Positions 1 to 9,969 of a DNA stretch of 64,000 nt are shown piece by piece. The stretch's first letter is position 1. Each line of letters starts with the position of its first letter. The translations under genes and the position numbers were made by a program. Under the pieces are notes generated by a model that saw nothing but the letters and a program-made list of their open reading frames with translations, had not been told where the DNA came from and did not search any database. Source of the DNA: Spirochaetia bacterium (GTDB lineage: Bacteria > Spirochaetota > Spirochaetia > DSM-16054 > Sediminispirochaetaceae); contig JAXHMY010000008.1 in the NCBI GenBank assembly GCA_034520965.1, positions 32,001 to 96,000 of the forward strand. The letters run 5' to 3'.

Positions 1-290
1 ACCGGCAGGCAGAGAACTTTGTGCAGAAACCCGGCTACGGCGAAGTGGCGTTCAGTAACCGATTTAGCAATTTCCATGCCTCTTTCAGTCAGGACAATAT
101 ACGAGTTTTTCTCATAGTTGACCAGGCCGCGTTCCTTAAGTGCCTTTAAGGCCGAGGTAACCGAGGGCATCTGTACATTCAGGGCGGCAGCGATATCTTT
201 TACACGGGCTACCCGATTCTGTGTTTCCAGGGTGAGGATTGTTTCAAGATAATCTTCCATACTCGGTGAAAGTGGTACATCCGGGGTCAT
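1..290 (-). CDS. DtxR/MntR family metal-dependent transcriptional regulator (3' end outside window)
   Basis: Manual translation from ATG at 290: MTPDVPLSPSMEDYLETILTLETQNRVARVKDIAAALNVQMPSVTSALKALKERGLVNYEKNSYIVLTERG..., the typical DtxR HTH. Not in the ORF track because it is truncated. Confidence 0.9.
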   Translation of the reverse strand, partial: MTPDVPLSPSMEDYLETILTLETQNRVARVKDIAAALNVQMPSVTSALKALKERGLVNYEKNSYIVLTERGMEIAKSVTERHFAVAGFLHKVLCLP

Positions 291-348
291 ACTATTTCAC
301 TATACCCGACTTTGAAGTTTTCAGCAATGAGCATTCAACATATCAGAA

Positions 349-376
349 TTGACATTCTCTTATACTCTCTTATAAT
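349..376 (+). promoter_or_regulatory. sigma70-type promoter for the diguanylate cyclase
   Basis: TTGACA (349-354), 16-bp spacer, TATAAT (371-376). Confidence 0.65.
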
Positions 377-499
377 AAAATAGAGGAGTGAGAAATACTG
401 CGAGATGTTTCTCTCCCATGTGATGTGCCGAATTGGTTCAAGCCGCACGCAGAAAAGCGCGGAAAAGCGCAGCAACAAGCGCAGAAAAGGAACAAGTAG

Positions 500-2179
500 T
501 TGGAGTTATCCGAAGAAGTTAGAAGGCAATTAACTGCTCTCAGCGACGATTTTACTCATCAGCTGCCCAGCCGTGTAAAAGAGCTGCAGAAAGCTCTTTT
601 AACACTCAAAGAAACTGCCGATATAGAGGATATGAAGAACTTTCGACTCATGGTACATAAGCTTGCCGGCTCTGCCGCAACCTTTGGGCACGAGAACCTT
701 TCACTTGAAGCGAAGGAATTTGAGGCATATCTTGAAGGTTTTATTGAGGATGCGAATGCTCCCGCCCACAGTGAATGGGAAAAAGTTGAGCGGTATTTAG
801 AGCAATTGAAAACTGAAATCGGGGACGTTGATGATCTGGAGGAGCTGCAAGCTCCGGAGGAGTTAGAAGAACCTCTTACGACAGATCAAGAAGTTCAAGA
901 ACTATACTATCCTAAAAACATCTATCTCTTTGGTTTTTCAATCGATTTGGTGGTAGATCTCTCCAAACAGTTGGGTTTTTACGGGTATACGGTAAAAGTT
1001 CTCCCTGGGCTGGAAGAATTAGAAAAGGCCCTGGAATCCGGCAGTTCTCAGCTCATTTTTGTCCATACCCGGCAGTTTGGAGCGGCTGAGTGGTTTCAGA
1101 ACCGGCTGTCGCGACTTAAGAAGCGGTTTGTAAAAGAGCTGTATGTGGTGTTTATCTCAGAGGAAGATACTTTTGATCTGCGTCTATGCTCGGTCCGGGC
1201 CGGAGGAGATGCCTTTTATGTGCTGCCCCTGGATATCGGCCAGTTGATGGATAAAATTGAATCGCTTGTAAACCATGAAAAAGAGAATCCCTACCATGTG
1301 TTAATTGTAGATGATGACCAGGAGCAGGTTGCCTACTATGCGCTTTTACTGCAGCAGGCAGGTATGATCACTTCGGTGGCCTCCGACCCTATGAAAGTAT
1401 TAAGTGTTTTGGTGGAATCCAAACCCGACCTTATCCTTATGGATATTTATATGCCCGGCTGCAGTGGCACCGAGCTTACCCGTCTGTTGCGCCAGCATGA
1501 TGCGTTTATCACCATTCCCATCATTTTTTTAACCTTCGAATCATCAAGGGAGCGTCAGCTTTCGGCCATCCGGCAGGGGGGCGACGATTTTCTCACCAAG
1601 CCTATTAAAGCCGAGAACTTAATTTCGGTGGTAAGCCTGCGAGCCCAGCGTAATCGAAACTTGCGTTACTTTATGGAGCGGGATTCACTCACCGGACTTC
1701 TCAATCATTCCAACCTAAAAGAACAGTTGCAGCGTGAGGTAATGCGCTGCAGCCGTACTATTTTGCCCCTTAGCTTTGCAATGATCGATGCCGACCATTT
1801 TAAGAACGTAAATGATACCTACGGGCATCTTACCGGAGATCGTGTACTTAAATCGCTGGCGCGTATTTTGCAGGATCGGCTGCGGAGGACTGATATCCTC
1901 GGGCGTTACGGCGGTGAAGAGTTTGGGGTGATACTCCTGAATACCGATGCTGAGAAAGCAGTTGCGATTATGGATGAAATTAGGGCCAACTTTTCTCGGG
2001 TTATTCACCATGCAGAAAACCAGGAGTTTAGTGTCACCTTCTCGTGTGGAATAGCCTCTTTTCCATCAATAAAAAATGCGGCACAACTGAACGAGGCTTC
2101 CGACGAGGCTCTTTATGCCGCCAAAGAATCCGGCCGTAACCGGGTTATGCACTTTGATAAAATCTCAAAGCTCACTTAA
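500..2179 (+). CDS. Hpt-REC-REC-GGDEF diguanylate cyclase
   Basis: Hpt motif HKLAGSAATFG, receiver motifs VDDD / LMDIYMP / FLTKP, GGEEF with upstream RxxD (RRTD) I-site. Confidence 0.92.
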   Translation: MELSEEVRRQLTALSDDFTHQLPSRVKELQKALLTLKETADIEDMKNFRLMVHKLAGSAATFGHENLSLEAKEFEAYLEGFIEDANAPAHSEWEKVERYLEQLKTEIGDVDDLEELQAPEELEEPLTTDQEVQELYYPKNIYLFGFSIDLVVDLSKQLGFYGYTVKVLPGLEELEKALESGSSQLIFVHTRQFGAAEWFQNRLSRLKKRFVKELYVVFISEEDTFDLRLCSVRAGGDAFYVLPLDIGQLMDKIESLVNHEKENPYHVLIVDDDQEQVAYYALLLQQAGMITSVASDPMKVLSVLVESKPDLILMDIYMPGCSGTELTRLLRQHDAFITIPIIFLTFESSRERQLSAIRQGGDDFLTKPIKAENLISVVSLRAQRNRNLRYFMERDSLTGLLNHSNLKEQLQREVMRCSRTILPLSFAMIDADHFKNVNDTYGHLTGDRVLKSLARILQDRLRRTDILGRYGGEEFGVILLNTDAEKAVAIMDEIRANFSRVIHHAENQEFSVTFSCGIASFPSIKNAAQLNEASDEALYAAKESGRNRVMHFDKISKLT

Positions 2180-2208
2180 GCTGCCGGCACTAAGCTTAAC
2201 TATACTAA

Positions 2209-2913
2209 TTAAACTCCATATCCTCGTTTGAGCTGAATTTTCCACTCCAAAGTCCACTCCACATGCTCCCACCATCGGCGAAAATCCGGGCTGCAGCGCA
2301 GCGAGTACATTCCAATTCGTGTAGATTCCAGGCTTCTACCAGGTGAAAAATGCAGGCTGAGCTGTGCTATCTGCTGTGCGGCAGTCTGCAGCATATCGGC
2401 CCGCTCCCTGTCTTCAGACTCAGCTCTTTCCCCTTTCGCTTTTTCCGGTTCATTGGCCGCCAAAAAAATTCCCTCCGCCGCCGGAATCGGAGAAGCTCTC
2501 TCCGGAATGGGGGGGCCGGCTCCCTCTATAATCGTGGAGGCCGGTACCGGTGTTCGCCCCGCGGCATTAATCAGTTTCTGGAGCAAGTTCTCCGGCTGTA
2601 CAACTACACTTATATACAGGTGGCCGGCCCACAACTTTACTTCTCCAAACTCAATCCGAGGTGTATCGGGCGTCTGTGGTGCTTTGCCTGTGCTTTTCGT
2701 CACGGCATTATCCAAACCGCCGGCCCCGGTAGAAAAGCGGGCATACCCGCCGCTGTCTAACGGGCTATCGAACCAGGCCAGAGGAATCACCGGCTCAAAT
2801 GCCAGGGCGGAGGCCAGCCCCTGCGTCTGAAACAGCCGCTGCCGCAGGGCCTGCAGCTTCAGACGGGTCTGTTGATTGGGAATGATGGAAAGAAGGTAGA
2901 ATTCCTGCGTCAT
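2209..2913 (-). CDS. hypothetical protein
   Basis: Long ORF filling the gap between the DGC and the intergenic repeat; start chosen at MTQEFY; no recognisable motif. Confidence 0.55.
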   Translation of the reverse strand: MTQEFYLLSIIPNQQTRLKLQALRQRLFQTQGLASALAFEPVIPLAWFDSPLDSGGYARFSTGAGGLDNAVTKSTGKAPQTPDTPRIEFGEVKLWAGHLYISVVVQPENLLQKLINAAGRTPVPASTIIEGAGPPIPERASPIPAAEGIFLAANEPEKAKGERAESEDRERADMLQTAAQQIAQLSLHFSPGRSLESTRIGMYSLRCSPDFRRWWEHVEWTLEWKIQLKRGYGV

Positions 2914-2949
2914 TATTTGCAAAAGATGACACAATAAATTACATTGGTC

Positions 2950-3112
2950 AAATAGAAGGAGCTATTCTCATTTTGGATAGTGTAATTACACTATCCAAAA
3001 TGAGAATGCCTCCAAACGTTTAGATATATAAAAGTTTGCAAAGAAATTGATGCGAATTTTAAATTTGGAAGTCAGAAGACTTCCAAATTTAGAATCGCTG
3101 AAATAGAAGGAG
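2950..3112. mobile_element. MITE-like palindromic element, family 1 copy A, including flanking direct repeats
   Basis: Perfect 44-bp palindrome at 2964-3007, second hairpin at 3060-3091, direct repeat AAATAGAAGGAG at 2950-2961 and 3101-3112; inverted homologue near 26281-26373. Confidence 0.75.
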
Positions 3113-3121
3113 TACTGCTCG

Positions 3122-3892
3122 ATGAAAAGAAAAGTTCAGAGGATATCCAGTTACATCACCGATCAACTGCAAATGATCGACGGCGTGGTTGCCATCACTC
3201 TGCATGAGTCAGCCGAAAGTGATATAAACGATCCCTATTTTTTCCTGAGTCTGGATGTCTATTACCAGGGCGCTCTGCCGGACGCCGGTCGGCGTCAAAG
3301 TCTGTTTGAAGATGCCGGAGGCTTTGAAACCTCCTCCTACTCGACGAAGGACCGTTTTTTTATGGAAAAACTGCCCGTACGAATAGAATATAAGCATATC
3401 ACCCGGGTCGAACATCTGCTGCAGAACGTAGACGAGAACTTATGGGCCTTTCGAGAAACCGGTACCTATATGTTTTACCGGCTGGCCAAGGGTGCGGTCT
3501 TGTATGAAAACGGCGACTGGCTCAATCAAATTCGGAGCCAACTCAGTCAGCTGCCGTACAATTTTTGGGAAGCCCTGCGGGAGGCCTACTTTTACCGCGC
3601 CGAGCACTACCTGGTCGATCTAAAATCGGCGGTACTGCAAAAGGACGACATGTTTTATCTTATCTCCCTCTCCGGATTCATAAAAAGCATCTGTAGTTTT
3701 CTCTTTGCCCTGAACCGCCGCTTCGAGCCCTCGGGCCGGCAGCTGTTTCAGCAGACCCTCGCCCTCGATACCCTGCCGGAGAATTTCCGCGGCCGCTTTC
3801 ACAGCATTCTGCGGGAAGACCCCGAGTATCCCCCCGAGCGTAAGCAGGAAATTGCGGAGCTCATGACTCGCAGTATGATAAACTTGATGTAA
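3122..3892 (+). CDS. nucleotidyltransferase-like / DUF4037-like protein
   Basis: 256-aa ORF with SD AAGGAG; degenerate NTase-like N-terminus and C-terminal 'LFALNRRFEP' helical domain. Confidence 0.6.
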   Translation: MKRKVQRISSYITDQLQMIDGVVAITLHESAESDINDPYFFLSLDVYYQGALPDAGRRQSLFEDAGGFETSSYSTKDRFFMEKLPVRIEYKHITRVEHLLQNVDENLWAFRETGTYMFYRLAKGAVLYENGDWLNQIRSQLSQLPYNFWEALREAYFYRAEHYLVDLKSAVLQKDDMFYLISLSGFIKSICSFLFALNRRFEPSGRQLFQQTLALDTLPENFRGRFHSILREDPEYPPERKQEIAELMTRSMINLM

Positions 3893-3902
3893 GGGGTCCC
3901 AG

Positions 3903-5700
3903 GTGAAAGCCTACCAATATCTTTTTATAATAATGCTCTTACTCAGCCTTACGGGCTGTCGGGACCATACGGTCCAGAGCATCGCTCTGGGCTTGGACCT
4001 GCCCGTGGGGCAGGGCGCGCTCCGCTTAATGCAAACGCCTATCGTTCCGGCCGAGCAGGAAGGGCAGCTCCTGGATATAGAGGGGCGCCTCCAATCTCCG
4101 GTGTACGAAGTGGAATATCCGGAAGATTTCTCCGCCCCCTCCACTGCGGTAGCCCTGCGCCTCGAATACCGCTCCGCCATCGACCTGCAGTTACGCCTTG
4201 CCTTCGAAGCAGGGGAGACCCAGTACAACACCCTTCCCTCCGGCGACGGAAGCCCTGTAATTGCAGTAGTGCCGCTGGCCGCCGGCCTCCCCCGGCAGTT
4301 TCAATTCCAAGCGGCGGGCATCGGCACCCTCGACTCCGCCGGTACACGCGAAAAAGGCACCGTCGGCGAACTCTTTCAGGTAGAGGACCTTGCATTGCAT
4401 GAACTCCCTTCACCCGACAAAGATGTGCCGGGCCTTGAAATCTCTTTGCCGGATCCCGGCGGGCAATCGCCCCTGTACCAGCACCGCTACCGCCTCGATT
4501 ACAGCTACCGGCGCGAAGTACTTCCCGCCGGCGCTTCAAGCAGCGCGGGATCCGCCGGCAGCGGCCAGGTGGAGCAGGGGGAGCCGTCGGAGCAGATTTC
4601 CCAGGAGCTAGTTCCACTTCAGGTAAGTACGGCGGAAAACTCGGCCTCTTTTCGGCTGTTTGCCAAAGAAGGAAACCACTCTATCTATTTTTACTCCCAG
4701 GACCTTGAGTTTGACCCCACAGAGTTTACTGTTCAGACCAACCTGCCGGGGTTTCAGCTGCAGCAGGTATCCCGGCAAAGGGTATCGCGAGGGGCGGCGG
4801 ATACGCCTCCTCCGATTCCGGCGGATATGGGCACCATTCTGCGGTACCGACAGCAGGCCTGGCGTCGCAGCGATTGGGAGCTGTTCTCGTGGAACCTGTT
4901 TCCCTCAATTCTCTTGTTCGATTTTAGGGATTACCAAATCCAGGCGGCCTTTCTGAAACGCCTGGCCTTTTTTGTAGAGAAAAAGGGCAGCACCGGCACT
5001 CTCTTATCCAACCGGGTGCTTGAGCCGCTCCACGGATGGAATGCCCATGACTACCGTGCGGCGGATCTGGCAGCTTTTTTTCAGACAGCCCGGGAACAGA
5101 GCTTTTCTCTGAACCCGGAAGAACAGCTGCTGCGGCGTATTCTGCTGGAGCAGGGCGTAATTCGCGAGGTAGACGGGGAGTTCCGCCCCGGAACTGGAGG
5201 CTTCATCTCCCTATCCCGGCAGAGCAGCAGCCGGCTGCGCTACATTTTTGCCACCCACGAGGGCTACCACGGCCTCTATTTCGCCTCCTCCCGGTATCGT
5301 CAGGCGGTTCACGAGGTATGGACTGCACTTAGCGAGGATGAGCGGCAGTTCTGGAAACTGTTTTTAGACTGGAAAAGTTACAATACCGAGGATGCCTACC
5401 TGCTGGAGAACGAGTTTCAGGCCTATCTCATGCAGCAGCACCGCTCTTATGTGGATACCTACTTTAAAGAGTACATTATACCGCGGTTTCTCTCGTTTTA
5501 TCCGGAGTACCGGGAGCAGGCGGACTACTTCTTCAGCTCACTATGGGGAACATTTCAGCCGTTCCGCCCGGTTAATCGAAGAGGCTGCCCGGTCACTGGT
5601 TGGAATTTCCGCCGGAGACCTGGTCTGCATCCGGGAATCGGATAATGCGACCGGAAAAATTAGTCTCCGCCCAGCTAATGTCTTTACACTCTTGTACTAA
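3903..5700 (+). CDS. hypothetical lipoprotein with HExxH motif (apparent frameshift near 5540)
   Basis: Lipobox-like LTGC after hydrophobic signal; THEGYHG motif; C-terminus continues in the 5392..5700 frame. Confidence 0.6.
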
Positions 5701-5757
5701 TCTGCTATGTTTGCCATACTTCACTGCAGAGTAATAAACTGAAGGTAGGAATCAAAT

Positions 5758-5985
5758 ATGGCGCGAAGATGTGAAATATGTGGAAAAGGAACAGTAGCGG
5801 GACATAGCGTACCCCGAAAAGGACAGCCAAAGAAACAAGGCGGTGCAGGACAACATATAGGTGTAAAATCCAAACGTGTGTTTCGACCCAATATTATAAA
5901 GGTAAAAGCCCTAGTTGGAACACAGAAGCGGACAATCAATGTATGCACACGCTGCCTGCGAGGCGGGAAGGTTGTCAAAGTCTAA
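5758..5985 (+). CDS. rpmB: 50S ribosomal protein L28
   Basis: MARRCEICGK...KRVFRPNI...VCTRCLR. Confidence 0.96.
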   Translation: MARRCEICGKGTVAGHSVPRKGQPKKQGGAGQHIGVKSKRVFRPNIIKVKALVGTQKRTINVCTRCLRGGKVVKV

Positions 5986-6003
5986 ATCCGAATAAGATCG
6001 GAT

Positions 6004-6034
6004 AAAGAGCCCTTCCAAAGGGGCTCTTTTTTTT
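6004..6034 (+). terminator. Rho-independent terminator after rpmB
   Basis: AGAGCCC/GGGCTCT stem followed by a T-run. Confidence 0.8.
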
Positions 6035-6102
6035 GCTGCGCCCTTTTAGGCGCCGCCTCGTAAGGGGCAAAACATGTTGCTACATATGTAAGGAGAGACG
6101 TT

Positions 6103-8577
6103 ATGAAGCGCTGGACGGTACACGCTTTCGAGGGAACTTCATGTTGTTCTGCCGACGGGATGGCGAATATTCTGGAGGTGTTTCGGCAGCACCGCAAGGG
6201 CCCGGTGTGTGTGGTTGTCTCGCCGAAAAACGATATACCTCCTGCGCTGCTTTCGTTGGTCGACCAGGCGATTGTTCGTGAAGAATCGCTCTGGGGTACC
6301 ATGGAAGCCCTCAGTCAGCAGATGTCGAGTTTAGCGGACCAACTTGTACCGCCGGACTACCGGCAGGATCTTGAGGCGGCCATTCGTGAGGATTTCCGAA
6401 ATATAGAAGATATCCTCAGAGCAGTATGGCTGGTTCGTGACTCTTCTCCCCGTACCCGTGAGTATATCAGCGGGCTTGGAGCGGTGTGGATTGCCCAGGT
6501 TTTTCATTCTCGCCTTAAGGCGGAGGGGTATTCCGCAAAATGGCTGGATACCCGCAAAATTATCAGCGTCCAACCCCAGGATTATGGAATCGAGGTGCAG
6601 TACGAGGATACCGGTCGTGCCCTCGGAGAGGTGTTTGATCAGGACAGCAATGAGGACTTTCTAGTGGTCACCGGAGGCCTCGGCCGGACTCTCGAAGGTG
6701 CGGCAACCTCCCTTGGCAAGGACGGCGCCGAACTTACCGCTACAATACTTGGAAACCTGCTCGATGCCGAAAAAATTACCCTGTGGAAAAACGTCGACGG
6801 GGTGATGAGTGCGGACCCGCAGAAGGTTCCCGGTGCCGAAATAATTCCGGAGCTCACCTATCAGGAAGCCACAGAGCTGGCCTATTTCGGTGCGGAAATA
6901 CTCCATCCGCCGGCCATGACACCGGCCATGATGAAGGGGATACCCCTGGCAATCCGCAACATCGACCATCCCCAGGCTCCTGGCACGGTTATCTCTTCTA
7001 AGGTAACATCATCCTCCAATAAGCCTGTGAAGGGCTTTTCAATAGTAAATGAAGTCTCCCTGCTGAATATAGAAGGGGCGGGAATGATCGGGGTGCCCGG
7101 CATATCCTCCCGTCTTTTTGCCTCGCTAAACAAGCAGGGAATCTCTGTAATCCTCATTAGTCAGGCATCTTCGGAACATTCGATTTGTTGCGCCATACCG
7201 GCCCATCAAGCCCGCCGAGCGCGGCAGATTGCCCGTGAGGCCTTTGCCGCCGAGCTGGAAAGTTACCGAATTAACTCGATCGAAGTAGAAGAGGAGTGCG
7301 CAATTCTGGCGGCGGTGGGCGACCAGATGTCCGGAATACCCGGTATTTCCGCCAAATTTTTTGGAGCTCTCGGAAAAGCCGGAGTGAATGTCCGGGCGAT
7401 TGCCCAGGGCTCCTCCGAACGGAATATCAGTGCCGTTATCGGCGCCAAAGATGCTGCCCGGGCACTGCGGGCGGTGCATGCCGGATTTTACCTGTCCAAC
7501 CAAACCTTGAGTATCGGAATCATCGGCCCGGGGCTTATCGGCAGCACCCTGCTCGATCAAATAGCCGGAGAATCCGAGCGCCTCAACCGCGAGTTCGGTA
7601 TCGATTTACGAGTGAGGGCTATCACCGATTCTAAAAAAATGACCCTGGCGAAAACCGGTATCGATATAGTCGACTGGAAGAAGGCCCTGACCGAGCGCTC
7701 CGAACCAACCCGTATGGATGCCTTTATCGCTCACGTAGATGCCGAGTATTTTCCCCATTCGGTGGTGATCGACTGCACCACCTCCGCCGACCTGCCCAAG
7801 TATTATGCGGGTTGGCTGCTGCGCGGCCTGCATATAATCACTCCGAATAAGAAGGCCGGCACCGCCCCTATGCCTGAATACCGGCAGATTATGAGCGAGG
7901 CAAAACAGCGGCAGCGTCATTTCTTATACGAAACAACTGTGGGGGCCGGACTCCCGATCATCGGGACCCTGCGTGACCTCATACAAACCGGAGATAAAAT
8001 CAAGCGTATAGAAGGGGTGTTTTCAGGAACCCTGGCGTACCTGTTTTGGAAGTTTAACGGAAGCGCTCCCTTCAGCGGCCTGGTTCAAGAGGCCAAGGAC
8101 TTGGGCTTTACCGAACCCGACCCCCGGGATGATCTGTCCGGAATGGACATTGTCCGTAAAACCGTAATCCTGGCCCGTGAGATTGGCTGGGATGTAGAGG
8201 TAGACCAGGTTCCGGTGCACAGTCTGGTTCCCAAAGAGCTGGAAGATGTGCCGGTTGAAGATTTTTTGGGAAAACTCTCCATGCTGGATGAAGAGATGAA
8301 CCGACTGTACGCGGAAGCTGAAAAAGAGGGCAATGTGCTCAAGTACGCCGGCATTATTGAGGCTGACGGCAGCTGCAAGGTAGAACTGCGCCCGTACCCC
8401 AAGGATCACCCCTTCGCCCGGATTACCGGCAGTGACAACATTGTGGCCTTTACCACCGAGCGGTACAACTCCCAGCCCCTGGTAGTGCAAGGGCCCGGCG
8501 CCGGACCGCAGGTAACTGCGGGAGGCGTGTTTGCCGATCTGCTCCGGCTGGCCGCCTACCTTGGGGCAAAGCTGTGA
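6103..8577 (+). CDS. thrA: bifunctional aspartate kinase/homoserine dehydrogenase (AK motifs degenerate)
   Basis: AK-ACT-ACT-HSDH architecture: SQASSEHSI, AIAQGSSERNIS, GPGLIG, TPNKK, YETTVGAGLP, TEPDPRDDLSG, GPGAG. Confidence 0.92.
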   Translation: MKRWTVHAFEGTSCCSADGMANILEVFRQHRKGPVCVVVSPKNDIPPALLSLVDQAIVREESLWGTMEALSQQMSSLADQLVPPDYRQDLEAAIREDFRNIEDILRAVWLVRDSSPRTREYISGLGAVWIAQVFHSRLKAEGYSAKWLDTRKIISVQPQDYGIEVQYEDTGRALGEVFDQDSNEDFLVVTGGLGRTLEGAATSLGKDGAELTATILGNLLDAEKITLWKNVDGVMSADPQKVPGAEIIPELTYQEATELAYFGAEILHPPAMTPAMMKGIPLAIRNIDHPQAPGTVISSKVTSSSNKPVKGFSIVNEVSLLNIEGAGMIGVPGISSRLFASLNKQGISVILISQASSEHSICCAIPAHQARRARQIAREAFAAELESYRINSIEVEEECAILAAVGDQMSGIPGISAKFFGALGKAGVNVRAIAQGSSERNISAVIGAKDAARALRAVHAGFYLSNQTLSIGIIGPGLIGSTLLDQIAGESERLNREFGIDLRVRAITDSKKMTLAKTGIDIVDWKKALTERSEPTRMDAFIAHVDAEYFPHSVVIDCTTSADLPKYYAGWLLRGLHIITPNKKAGTAPMPEYRQIMSEAKQRQRHFLYETTVGAGLPIIGTLRDLIQTGDKIKRIEGVFSGTLAYLFWKFNGSAPFSGLVQEAKDLGFTEPDPRDDLSGMDIVRKTVILAREIGWDVEVDQVPVHSLVPKELEDVPVEDFLGKLSMLDEEMNRLYAEAEKEGNVLKYAGIIEADGSCKVELRPYPKDHPFARITGSDNIVAFTTERYNSQPLVVQGPGAGPQVTAGGVFADLLRLAAYLGAKL

Positions 8578-8702
8578 ACCCCGGCAGTTTTGGAACCCGG
8601 AATTCCTAGCGCGGAGCGACCACACTTCAGAAAACACAGCTTTTTTTCCTAAAACCGCCGGATTGGTATAGACCTTTAGGCAAAAAATTGAAAAAGTGTT
8701 GT

Positions 8703-8730
8703 TTGACAGCGGTAAATTCCGTTGTACAAT
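8703..8730 (+). promoter_or_regulatory. sigma70-type promoter of the BMP ABC operon
   Basis: TTGACA (8703-8708), 16-bp spacer, TACAAT (8725-8730); SD AAGGAG upstream of ATG 8768. Confidence 0.55.
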
Positions 8731-8767
8731 GAACATTGTTAAACACACTAAAAAAGGAGTGGGTAGA

Positions 8768-9871
8768 ATGAAGAAAGCTCTAACAGTTTTACTTGTTTTC
8801 ATGCTTGCATTTTCACTATTTGCAGGTGGTCAGCAGGAAGGTGCCGGTCAGGGCACAGATGGCGGTGATGAACCGTTTAAAGTTGCGTTTGTGTATATTG
8901 GTATTCCCGGAGATCTGGGATGGACCTACGAACACGATCGTGGTCGAGAATATATGGTTGAACAGCTTGGTGATGCAGTTGAAACAACCTATATTGAAAA
9001 TGTACCCGAGGGTCCAGACGCTGCCAGAATCATGCGTCAGTATGCCCAGCAAGGCTACGACATGATTTTTGCGACCTCCTTCGGATATATGGATCCAATG
9101 CTGGAAGTTGCCCAGGAGTTTCCGGATGTATACTTTGAGCACTGCTCTGGATATAAAACTGCCGACAACATGTCCACCTACTTCGGTCGCATGTATCAGC
9201 CGCGCTACCTCTCCGGACTGGTTGCCGGTAACGCTACCGAGACCAACGTTATTGGTTATGTAGCCGCCTTCCCGATTCCCGAAGTTATCCGCGGTATAAA
9301 TGGTTTTACCCTGGGCGTACAGGAAGTGAATCCCGATGCAACTGTAAAAGTTGTATGGACCAACACCTGGTACGATCCGGTTAAAGAGCGTGAAGCTGCG
9401 GTTGCACTGCTGGACAGCGGTGCCGATGTAATCGCCCAGCACCAGGATACCACCGAACCACAGAAAGCAGCTGAAGAGCGCGGCGAAGTGAGTATCGGTT
9501 ATGATTCGGACATGGGTCAGTTTGTGGGTGATACCGTGCTGACAAGCCCCGTTTGGAACTTCGGCCCCTATTATACCCGTGTAGTGAGAGAAGCCATGAA
9601 CGACGAGTGGGAAACCCACCAGTTCTGGGGCGGAATTAAAACAGATGTAGTTCAACTTGCCGAGATGAGTTCCATGGTTCCCCAGGATGTACGCGATCTG
9701 GTAGATGCCGAGCGTGAAAAAATCGTAAGCGGCGAGTGGGATGTATTCTGGGGTCCGGTTAAAAACAGAAAGGGCGAAGTAGTAGTAGCAGAAGGCGAAA
9801 AAATGACTGATCAGGAAATGCTGAACATGAACTTTTTTGTCGAAGGCGTTGAAGGAACCCTAGACGAGTAG
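8768..9871 (+). CDS. BMP family ABC transporter substrate-binding protein (purine/nucleoside)
   Basis: Signal peptide, GDLGWTYEHD, FATSFGY, WTNTWYDP, IAQHQD. Confidence 0.92.
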   Translation: MKKALTVLLVFMLAFSLFAGGQQEGAGQGTDGGDEPFKVAFVYIGIPGDLGWTYEHDRGREYMVEQLGDAVETTYIENVPEGPDAARIMRQYAQQGYDMIFATSFGYMDPMLEVAQEFPDVYFEHCSGYKTADNMSTYFGRMYQPRYLSGLVAGNATETNVIGYVAAFPIPEVIRGINGFTLGVQEVNPDATVKVVWTNTWYDPVKEREAAVALLDSGADVIAQHQDTTEPQKAAEERGEVSIGYDSDMGQFVGDTVLTSPVWNFGPYYTRVVREAMNDEWETHQFWGGIKTDVVQLAEMSSMVPQDVRDLVDAEREKIVSGEWDVFWGPVKNRKGEVVVAEGEKMTDQEMLNMNFFVEGVEGTLDE

Positions 9872-9908
9872 CATACTCGCCCGGGAATAGAACACTTAGT
9901 AATCATAT

Positions 9909-9930
9909 AGCCCGGCCAATCGGCCGGGCT
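9909..9930 (+). terminator. intra-operon stem-loop after the SBP gene (partial terminator or mRNA stabiliser)
   Basis: AGCCCGGCC-AATC-GGCCGGGCT perfect 9-bp stem with weak U tract. Confidence 0.5.
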
Positions 9931-9969
9931 GTCTTAAAAGTCAAAATCTTTATAATATTGAGTACACAT

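Noticed and set aside
8578..8767. Purine riboswitch upstream of the BMP transporter
   Set aside because: No recognisable aptamer consensus, and the predicted promoter leaves only a short leader
8023..9655. Long antisense ORFs (8023..8802, 8816..9655; likewise 19312..20127, 22318..23085, 23417..24289, 33801..34475)
   Set aside because: Shadow frames opposite well-supported genes, with no motifs
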